A stretch of DNA of 64,000 nucleotides from Microthyrium microscopicum (Eukaryota), in contig MU004231.1 in NCBI GenBank assembly GCA_010405405.1, positions 2,123,860-2,187,859 of the forward strand, written 5' to 3'. Positions 54,721-64,000 of this stretch are shown one piece after another (the stretch's first letter is position 1; every line of letters starts with the position of its first letter). A model generated the notes under the pieces. It saw nothing but the letters and a program-made list of their open reading frames with translations, was not told where the DNA came from and did not search any database. The position numbers and the translations under genes were made by a program.

Positions 54721-57700
54721 ATGGCCGACCCTATAACCATTGTGGGCTTGGTAGCGAGTGTTGTTCAGCTTATCGACAGCACAATCAAGATCGTTAACTT
54801 TGCCAAAGATGTCAAAAACGCCACGAAGGAGCAGAGGGAGCTTGCTCTCGAAGCTAGTAGTCTGCTATCACTGCTCATGACTCTACGTTATGACCTAGAG
54901 CAAATGAAGAAAGATGATGAGAAGTGGTTCACTGCGCTTCAGCTAATTGGTGCCCCTGACGGCCCATTAAAGCAGCTCGAGCAGGCACTTGGAGAACTCG
55001 CGAGGAAAGTTGTGCCTCGAAGGAAGCAGCTCGGTAAGAGCCTGCTTTGGCCGATCGACAAAAAACAAGTCACTACTACAATGGACAAGATCGAGAGAAT
55101 CAAGATGTTGATAGCTCTTGCCTATGAAAGAGATACTTTGTAAGACCAATGCGTCGTTCCTCCGGCTTCCGAACGATCGAGCCTTATGGATGCTGTTCCC
55201 ATCAACTACGCTATCTACCATAACACTTCCTGGTATTTATCGAATACGATGGCAATTGGAGGATTCCTTATTTGAGAAGTGCTATGGTAGATATCGAAGT
55301 CGATGGAATATCGCCCAAACAGCTCAATGGTTCTTGACCCTAATCATTCGACCTCCTATCGATTGCTCACCATCGATAGTGCCTTATCCCTTGCCATCAA
55401 AGCCAACCTAGACGACGTATCGAGAAAAGTTGTAGGAACCGACCAAGCTGTTCAAGTCCTGCAATCACATGTATCGAAACAGGAGAGGGACGAGATTTTG
55501 TCCTGGCTCTCGCCTTTGGTATACGGTAGTAAACAGAGCGATATCGTCCAAAGATACCAGGAAGGAACAGGCAAATGGCTCTTTGAAGCTAGCCAGTATC
55601 TGAAATGGATATCTGGCAGCGGAAAGATCCTTTGGTGCCCTGGCATGCCCGGTGCTGGCAAAACCACATTGGCTTCGCATATCATCAGCGAGTTCCAACG
55701 CAATCTTGCTGCCCATCCAGAAGTAGAACTTGCATACGCTTTCTGCAGTTATAACGCACAGGATCAAACAGCGACCAATCTTCTCGCCGGGCTCTTGAGA
55801 CAATTATTGCACAACAGGGATTCTCTACCAACCTGCGTCACAAGCCTGTATGAATCTCACCGCAATAAAGGAATAGGTACTCGACCCAATCTGTCTGAGA
55901 TCTCGCAATGTCTTGTTGAGATATTCGGGCTATTCTCAAGAGTCATCATCATAGTCGATGCTTTAGATGAATACGATGAGGGTGACGGAGTGCGAGATGT
56001 CCTGGGTCGTGAGCTTTTGAAGCTGAGCTCTATACACAATGCCCATGTTCTTGTCACGTCTCGGTGGATAACCAGTATTGAGAACCTTTTTGAAGGCTGT
56101 CTGAGATTAGAGATCAGGGCCACAGATCAAGATATCGCCAGGTATCTGGAGACAAGAATGGAAGGATCTTCACGATTACAGAGAATTATCAAGGAAGACC
56201 CTCAAATCAAAGAAAGCATCGTAACAACTATCGTGGAGCGATGCGAAGGAATGTATGACAAAAGATTCTTTCCTCTTTTACAGTTCACCAGTTACCTAAT
56301 GTTTTATCACTGAGATCAGGCTACAAATCAGGAAGGCTAACTTGCTCTTTACTATCAGGTTTTTACTGGCGCAGCTTCACATGGATTCGCTGCAGACGAA
56401 AGCAAACGTCAAAGCCATAGGGAACGCCCTTCAAACTATTCCTAGAAAACTAGATGATACTTATGACCTTGTAATGGACAGAATCGAGAGCCAGAACGAA
56501 GACGATGTACTACTGGCGAGGCAGATGTTAGCCTGGTTAACCTACTCTATTGGGACGATGACAGTGGTCGAACTCCAGCATGCTTTGGCGGTGCATTTCA
56601 ATGGAAAGGAGTTTGACCAAGCCTTGATCGACAAGGAGACGATGCTCTCAATTTGTGCCGGAATTGTGACTGTTGAGGAAGAAAGCAACAAAATCAGGTT
56701 CATACATTATACAACACAAGAAGTAAGGTTCCCCCACTTCCGTGATACCAGAATGCTTAAAGACGATCGACAACAACAAGATATGCGGTGGATGTCATCG
56801 CAGAGGATTGCTTTCTATAGACTGCGTTCATGATCGGATGTTGTAGTTCCCCTCGAGGACGATGGCTCCTATGTAGTGTGATGAGATGTTACCACGAACC
56901 GACTCCGGCTCACATTAACTCTGATTGTCGATTTATGCTGACAAATTTCAGTATTTCCGGCGAATTCGCAAAACAATTTTTCCGCAAGCAGAGCATGACA
57001 TATGTAAAGTTTGCATGACCTACCTTCACAGAGATGAAGTTGCAAAGATAGACAGCAAAGATATCGAGATATTCAAGCTACGAATGAGATCACATCCACT
57101 GCTCGAATATGCTGCAAGCTACTGGGGGCTTCATGCCAGAGGAGAGGTCGCAACATCACTGGAAACAAGCATTATCAGCTTTCTCAAGGACGATTCAGCA
57201 GTTCAGACGGCAACACGAATGATGTTTTACGACAGAACTCGATCAGATGCTAAGCGCACAACAAGGGGTATTCATATTGCAGCATATTTTGGACTCGAGC
57301 ATATAGTATCACGTCTTATAGAAGATGGGATCGATGTTGATCGCAAAGATATGCATGGCCAGGTAAGATTCTTTATGCGAACACAATTTTCAAGGAATGG
57401 TCCCGAAAGCTCGTGCGTATATTCGACTGCTATTGCGGCTGTCAAATGCTATGGGTCCCATCAAAGGGGGTGGTATCCCTTAGAAGTGATGGTTCTCATA
57501 GGACATGACGGATTTTTAAACAAAGCTCAATTTCCCTGACTGGGCTATATGAATCTATATCGCTTGGGAATTGCTTTCGCGCTCGAAGGCTCCCATAGTA
57601 CGCCACAGCAATTATCTCGGATGAGGCAAATACACTTTTCAGCGCGTGTTGGTATCAACTTATGACATTGCACTAACATATACCAGACTCCATTGCACTT

Positions 57701-58979
57701 TGTTGCATCAAAAACCCCGAGCCCTGTTCAACAGCGTATTGTAGAGTTACTTCTGGATGCTGATCATACTTACAGTCAGACTGCCAATCCGGTAGCGCAG
57801 CAAGATAACCAAAGAGGCAGTAATAGTCCTTCAAATCGTGCCAAAAGTTTGAGAGCGTGGACCTTACTTCATCTCTCGGCAATTTATGGCAATCCCAACT
57901 TCGCACAGCAGGCTGTTAGACGAACAGTCGTCTTACTTGAAGATGATCCCATTGCGAAAGACACCCGTGGCTGGAGCGCACTCCATAGAGCTGCCTTCCA
58001 TGGGCAGGAAGAAGCGGTTGAAGTCCTAGTAGAAGCAGGACTTGACATTGATTCCACGGATATCCACGGCAATACAGCTCTGCACATAGCTACGAGAAGA
58101 GGCAAGATATCTGTCATCGAAAAGCTGGCAAAACACCAAGCAAACATGAACCCAAAGAACCAACACGGCGAAAGTCCTCTTCACTACGCAGCCCTGCCGC
58201 GTGGCAACACTACCGACTTCTCATTCGTGCCCATTGCGGAGCTACTTCTGAAGCTCGGAGCAGACGTCAACTCGGCAGATAATAAAGGTAGAACGCCCTT
58301 GTATTGGGTCTGCCTTCCAGAAGATTCTGATAACGAGGCAACGGAATTTCTACTTAGTAAAGGTGCTAAACTGAACATCGATGCAAATAATGTTACCCTG
58401 CTAAAATGGTCAAATGTTGCACAATCACTACCAGATGAGGCAATCTGGCAGAGCCATGATATCAGCCCAGTGGACGCCCACAATTGGATTCCTTCGGACT
58501 TGACTTCCTGGAATATACAGGGAAAGGCTAGATTGATGTCCAGTGCCTTGGACGGATACTGGATACTGGAGCAAGGCGTCGATCTTGACGAGGATGACAA
58601 TTGTGACTTTTCTCATTCCTCGATCATGGGCGACGTCTATCGAAAAATAGAAGTTGCTATTGAACTTGATGATACTTGGTGAGCAGAAGACATTAACATC
58701 TACTTTTATCTTTCTAACAGATGTCAACACAGGCTCCAAAAAGATATCAGAGGGATGTGGAGGCTCGCCGTCGAGTTTACTGAGGGAAGTACGGGTCCCC
58801 AGCTGCTTTATGACACTGCTTGGAGACTAAAGACTGCCGCGGAAACGATTGAAGACGGAGTAGATGAGAAACGCCTCTTGGAATTGATGAAGGAGGTCGA
58901 TGAAACACTACGGGAGATTCACCTCATTATGGAGAATGTAAGAGCAGGAGTAGAAGCATACTATGATTTTCGAGTATGA
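54721..58979 (+). CDS. Fungal NLR-like STAND protein: N-terminal HeLo-like/SesA-type domain, NACHT, winged helix, ankyrin repeats, unassigned C-terminal region; 6 exons (54721-55139, 55380-56252, 56359-56722, 56952-57362, 57687-58678, 58733-58979)
   Basis: MADPITIVGLVASVVQL N-terminus; GTGKW, Walker A GMPGAGKT, Walker B IIVDALDE, LVTSR, GMFLLAQLHM, RFIHYTTQEYF; ankyrin motifs GWSALHRAA, GNTALHIA, GESPLHYAA, GRTPLYW. All five introns restore the frame. Confidence 0.9.
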
Positions 58980-59631
58980 TATTTCACTTCTCTCTGCTCC
59001 GCCCTCATTATCAAGCTTTCACATGCCGGTGCACTTTGTGCAATATGCACCAGTTCTTGACAAGCCAATTTTCGACAAGCACGAACACTGCTTCCCAATA
59101 TCAAAATTCAGGTGGTTTTCAAGGTTCTGTCTACCAAAGACCGGAACGATTGTCTATCATGATAAAGCGCATAAACTGAAGTCTATGTTCAAAACACCAA
59201 GAACCTAAACTCTGATCGTTTTCTTCTCAACTTCAGCCTACCCCTGAGAGATCATGTGAATCCGCGCGGTTTCTTTTGATCCCATTGTTTTATATGTTTG
59301 TGCTGACATTGTCCCATTGTATCACGAAACGCAGTGCCTCACCACTTCTCGCCCACGACGGCCTTCCAGAGCTCTTCAGCAAAGACCAATGCGCACGCTT
59401 CGCCGACACTCTCTGCGCTTCTTGGCGTGATCGCCTGACACCATCTTTGCAATTCTCGCACCAATGACTGCTTAGCCTCCTTTTTGGACTTGTACGAATG
59501 AATCATGGCCCCTAACGCGATGAAATCCGCCTGTAGAAATTCGATGCGGGTTGTGCTTAGAGCATTGGTGAACTTCTAATCGGACAATACCCCTTTGTTT
59601 TCTTTTCGTTCGGCGTGATGGCAGTACTTGT

Positions 59632-60672
59632 TTAACTCGCCGTAGATACGCTGGATATTTGAGAGAGGGCGGAGGAGGGTGGAAGTTCTGCGGTATTGGC
59701 ATTGAGGTACTGGTTCATCGATTCCCAGCTTTCGTGAATGGACATGATGAACTTGTCAATGGTCATAATGCTGTTGTCAAGGCCTGCTGTCCAGTTGATG
59801 GTGAAGTGGAAGAAATGACAAGAACGTATATAGTATCCTGGTAGACTTCTGAAGACCACGTGTTTGAGGTTGGGAAACATGAACTGTAGATCGTGCAGAC
59901 AAAAATTATATGTCTCGCACTGGCACTCTGTAGTAGGTATAACATATTCTGAAATGTCAAAGATAATCTTCCGAATATTTTGCGCCATATTGATGTCGAA
60001 CGGGAATGGAACTCCAAATGGTCTATAAGCAATCAATCAGATGTGTTACGGGGGAATGATGAAGAATGCAAGCCTGCAAGAAAACAAGAGGTCTGAAGGC
60101 AGCTGAAGTGATGTTCGAAGGCTACTGACACAGCGGAAGGATCGAAGACATTATTAAAGTTCTAGATTATGTCAGTGTACTAGTAGGATATCTTGTTCGA
60201 AAAAAGGTCTCACCGTGCAGTGGTTATCGGTAGGATCCTGCCGACGACCGAGTCTCATGATGCGAATCAGGCCTCTTCCAAGGTCTGGTCTTCCGCCCTT
60301 GGTATTCAGTTCAAACTGAGCGTACTTAAGTACTAGCCAATGGTACTTCTCGAAAGCTATGAACTCGGCCACCTCTCCTCGGACGCTGTGCGATGTAACC
60401 TTTAGAGCATTTAGAGACTCGGGTAAGGTGAAGTTATACACCATACGACGAAGCTCCAATGGTACTCGAAGGAAGGGAAATCCATTATCAGATTTCCGGA
60501 CGACGAGGTTGAAGTTTTCCTGCATTTGGGTTAGTAAGATGTTGTAACGTGTAAATCGAGAACTTTTGACTCCGCAGAATGTACGCACCATCTCTCGATT
60601 CAAGGCATATTGTTGTCCCAGGTCGGTGAGGAGAAAGCTCTCTGGCACATCATATCTCGCCATTGATGCCAT
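59632..60672 (-). CDS. Hypothetical protein with 2EXR/F-box-like motif; probably 3 exons
   Basis: 'FPFLRVPLELRRMVY' motif; later 'NIRKIIFDI' and 'MFPNLKHVVF'. Introns GTGAGA..TAG (~60213-60162) and GTCAGT..TAG (~60129-60023) restore the frame. Confidence 0.6.
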
Positions 60673-61790
60673 GCTAAGAGAAGCGGATGATGCTCACTGT
60701 ATCTTTCAAGCAGCACACAATGTGGGAAAGGGAAGTAATAGAAGAATGAGTAAGTGGGCTGAGTCTGGCAGTGCAATATTACAAAGATGTAAGATGAAGG
60801 ATGACATACATCTGGAGCACAAGCTAGCTCAGATATAGGACAATTCGGCTTAACAAAGTGAATGTTCTAAAGTCACCGCGGACATCCTCAGAAGTTCAGC
60901 ACACTTATGTCTTTCCAGGAGCTGCAAGGTTGTGCCTAGGTCAGAATCTTGTGTGATCTTTCACTTGATGAGACATCTGCAATTGAAAGCACTTCAGCCG
61001 GTTTTGGTAGGACAAGACCTGTTGCTACTTGCTTGATATGGAAAAAGCTTTCAGCTACCGGTAGAGACTAAAATCAACAGACAGTAGTGCTGCATATTTC
61101 TTATTTAGTCGACTATAGTAAGCTGAGAAGTTGAGACCATATCTGCCCAAACTAAGCACAAAAAAGCATATCTCTAAGGTGAGGTTTGGACTCTGTAATG
61201 GAGGAGGACGGGAAGTCATGGGATGCATCAAGTCTCGACATACTTGTACATTAGAGATTCTTGTCAGTGTTGAAGCAGTATTTGATTAGGCTGTACCTTT
61301 CTCTAAGCACCTCACTGGCTGATGAGCTGGAACATCGGTCTTCAAAGGCTGTATTGCCTCGTATCGTCCATCAGCTTGATGATAGCTTGAAAAAGAGCAA
61401 CATGAGAACTTCAGAGTGATATTCAACGATATCTGTCGGCGAGGCTGCGACTGCCAAACGACGAGAGAGGCAAAACTACGAGCGCCACACTACTCCACAA
61501 GTCGGAATCTGGATCTGGCCCGCCCCTAGCTTCAACCTTAAACCCTTAGCTCAGTTTTGAAGGCCAATCAAGAAATTCAGCCTTGCCCTCTCCATGTTTA
61601 TCTCAAATACCCGACTTCTAATTCGTCAACTTTCTGCTGCCTCGTGGGTTCGCGCTCGGCTCGCACACTTGTGAGCCCGAGCGGCCGAATCGCCACCCGA
61701 TTTTGGGTCCTCAAGGCTGCGACCAAAACACCATTATGGCCGCGCGGCTGTCACTTCGTACCGATTACTGATTCTGCTGCCTTCCTGGCC

Positions 61791-61938
61791 CTTCTAGAAT
61801 CTCTGAAAGCGCATTTTGATTGGCAGGCGTTTGTCTTGGTAAGTTCACAGGCGGCAATTTAGCACTCGTCAGCACTTTTCGCAGGGGTGATGTTTTTATA
61901 TGGCTGCCTATTAGATTCCGAAGTGATTTGTATATAAA
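61791..61938 (+). promoter_or_regulatory. Putative heat-shock promoter of the Hsp20 gene: HSE-like cTTCtaGAAtc (61791-61801), STRE AGGGG (~61883) and TATATAAA (61931-61938)
   Basis: Motifs seen directly, 85-230 bp upstream of a small heat-shock protein ATG. Confidence 0.55.
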
Positions 61939-62021
61939 CCCAATGCCATCCAATTTACCTCCTTCTTGACATCATCATCACCACCTCTCCCATCATACAA
62001 TCAATCATACCATACATCACA

Positions 62022-62987
62022 ATGGCACCAAACATCCGATACATCAACCAATCCGCCCCATTCTGGGACTGGATCGCCACCTTTGAAGACTCGGCCGCCG
62101 AGCACCCATTCTTCAACAATAACAACAATCAAAACCAATCTGGCCCCTCCGGCCCACCACCAGCAGCAGATGCCTCCCATCCACAAGGTCCACCACCTGC
62201 CGGCCCATGGGGCTGGGGCGGTCCCTGGGGCGGTCGCCGTGGCCACGGTCCACGCTGGCACCACCACATGAACGCCATGAACCTGCCATTCCATGCAGGC
62301 CCACCTGGTCAACCAGGTGCTGAGGGCGAAGCATCTGGCTCTGAAGAAGCCGAGACAGTACGCGACGAGAAGCGCGCTGGCGAAACAGGCGATGAGAATC
62401 CCGCCGATCCACCAGAGGACACTCCCGAGCCACCACGAGGCGGCTGCCGTGGACGACGTGGACGACATGGAGAGCGCGGAGAGCGAAGAGGACACGGACG
62501 TGGATTCCATGGTCATGGAGGACATGGCGGACACGGACATCCGTATGCACGCGGAGGATGGGGTTTCCCAGGCGCACGTGGAGGCATGGGAATGCTCTCG
62601 GAGCTATTCGGCCCAAACCAGACGAATGACGGCGACTGGAAGCCTGAGGCGGATGTATTTGACACGGAAGCGGCTTATGTGGTGCATTTGAGTGTACCGG
62701 GCGTGCATAAGGAGGATGTGGGTGTTAGCTGGGATCCAGAGAAGAGCGAGTTGAGCGTTGCTGGTGTGGTACATCGACCGGGCGATGAGGCTTTCATCAA
62801 GACGTTGGCTTTGGATGAGCGACGGGTCGGTGCATTCGAGCGCAAGATCAGACTTGGAACGAGAGCGAGTCCCGCATCAGTCGATGTCGATGGCATCACC
62901 GCCAAGTTGGAGAATGGTATCTTGTTCGTCGAGGTGCCCAAGCTGAACGGCGAATTCGTGGAGATCAAGAAGGTTGATATTGAATAG
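62022..62987 (+). CDS. Small heat-shock protein (Hsp20/alpha-crystallin domain) with long Gly/His/Arg/Pro-rich N-terminal region
   Basis: C-terminal ACD: PEADVFDT..AYVVHLSVPGV.KEDV.V, ERRVGAFERKI, ITAKLENGILFVEVPK, IXI-like KKVDIE. Confidence 0.9.
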   Translation: MAPNIRYINQSAPFWDWIATFEDSAAEHPFFNNNNNQNQSGPSGPPPAADASHPQGPPPAGPWGWGGPWGGRRGHGPRWHHHMNAMNLPFHAGPPGQPGAEGEASGSEEAETVRDEKRAGETGDENPADPPEDTPEPPRGGCRGRRGRHGERGERRGHGRGFHGHGGHGGHGHPYARGGWGFPGARGGMGMLSELFGPNQTNDGDWKPEADVFDTEAAYVVHLSVPGVHKEDVGVSWDPEKSELSVAGVVHRPGDEAFIKTLALDERRVGAFERKIRLGTRASPASVDVDGITAKLENGILFVEVPKLNGEFVEIKKVDIE

Positions 62988-63164
62988 ACCATAGGTCTTT
63001 GGGAACAGTCTTTCTTTTAGCTAGGGAATTTCGGAAATGGCGATTAGGCGTCGAATAATATAGGACAGGAAATCTGAAACTTTGCCATTGCAACTTTGTG
63101 CTTTTTGAACGTGATGTGATTTATCAGTAAATCCAGATTGGATCCTGAATATGGTTGTCGATTA

Positions 63165-64000
63165 CTAGTCCCACTCATCTCCCCATCCCTCGTCCTCCTC
63201 TTCTGCTTTCTTCGGTTCCTCTTTCTTCTTTGCCGGGGCCGCGACTGTTTTCTTTGGCACTGCAGTGCCAGTGGAGTTTGCCTTTGATAGATGTGGTTTT
63301 GCCGTTTTGGTTAAGCCTTTAGGCAGTGGCTTTTTGCTTGGAAGCTTAGATTTGGATTGTGCACTTAGCCAACCCTCGAAATCAGGCTCCCCTTTATCAT
63401 CGTACGATGCAAAAGATGCTGGAGCCTTCTCAGTCGAAGCAGGTGCCCACGGATCCACGTCATTGTCCGCGTCACCACCATCTCCCCATGCGTTTTCAGC
63501 GTCATCCCATCCATTGTCGAGATCATCATCTGGTTCAGATGCCTTCTCAGGAGCTGCACTGATCGCAAAGGGGTTGGGTTTGCTCGATTTCATTACTGCT
63601 GGCCCGGATTGAAGACTCTTGAGCGAGGTCGTTGACGGTGGTGGACGTTGTGCGTTGCTAAGTGGAGGTACAGAACTAGGCCGATCGTCCGTTGCGCCAT
63701 TGGGAGCATCTTGCATTTGCCCGCTGACAGAAGCGATCTTGTTGGTGAATGATGAAATGGCCCATCCAGTCCATCCGGCTCCTTCGGCTTGAGCAGCGCC
63801 CATGCGAGGTTGGTTTGCTTGGGTGTTTGCTGCTGCTCCTGGTGGAGGTGAAATGGTATCGGGTAAAGTTTGAGCATATTTGCGCACTCTATGCATGAAG
63901 ATTTCCATGGTTTTACTGGTTTGATCCCTGATCATCTTTTCTTTATCTATGAGTGATGGACACAAGCCGGGTAATATCTTGGTGGCGCATTCCTCGTCAG
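63165..64000 (-). CDS. CEX1: C-terminal part of SCY1-like pseudokinase (Cex1/SCYL1); 5' end lies outside the window
   Basis: ECATKILPGLCPSLIDKEKMIRDQ (end of HEAT region), 'GWTGWAISSFTNK', 'DDKGEPDFEGWL' and acidic GWGDEWD C-terminus typical of fungal Cex1. Confidence 0.85.
   Translation of the reverse strand, partial: DEECATKILPGLCPSLIDKEKMIRDQTSKTMEIFMHRVRKYAQTLPDTISPPPGAAANTQANQPRMGAAQAEGAGWTGWAISSFTNKIASVSGQMQDAPNGATDDRPSSVPPLSNAQRPPPSTTSLKSLQSGPAVMKSSKPNPFAISAAPEKASEPDDDLDNGWDDAENAWGDGGDADNDVDPWAPASTEKAPASFASYDDKGEPDFEGWLSAQSKSKLPSKKPLPKGLTKTAKPHLSKANSTGTAVPKKTVAAPAKKKEEPKKAEEEDEGWGDEWD

Noticed and set aside
63165..64000. Functional link between Cex1 (tRNA export-associated) and the unusual tRNA/MetRS locus
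   Set aside because: About 50 kb apart with many unrelated genes between; no evidence beyond a shared theme.

Overview
Genomic window of a filamentous ascomycete, judged by short GT-AG introns with CTRAC/CTAAC branch points and by RIP signatures. Two gene-dense arms flank a ~23.3 kb extremely AT-rich, RIP-degraded block (~24.07-47.35 kb, two N-gaps) with imperfect inverted termini and many internal tandem arrays. Left arm (1-24 kb): MCT-type MFS transporter, Kelch-repeat membrane protein, phosphoglucomutase, second MFS, methionyl-tRNA synthetase, two Cys/Thr-rich surface-type proteins, profilin, Isa2 and mannitol-1-P dehydrogenase. Right arm (47-64 kb): succinate-semialdehyde dehydrogenase, an RCC1-like locus split by one in-frame stop, Alg14, a HeLo-like/NACHT/ankyrin NLR, a hypothetical protein, Hsp20 and partial Cex1/SCYL1. 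The most striking observation is a tRNA-Gln(UUG) gene (13616-13751, minus strand). It carries a normal 13-nt anticodon-loop intron and also a 51-nt insertion between U8 and A9 that has all the hallmarks of a spliceosomal GC-AG intron. Removing that insertion exactly restores the cloverleaf. All calls were made by eye from the sequence; no database searches were run, and exon boundaries are my manual reading.
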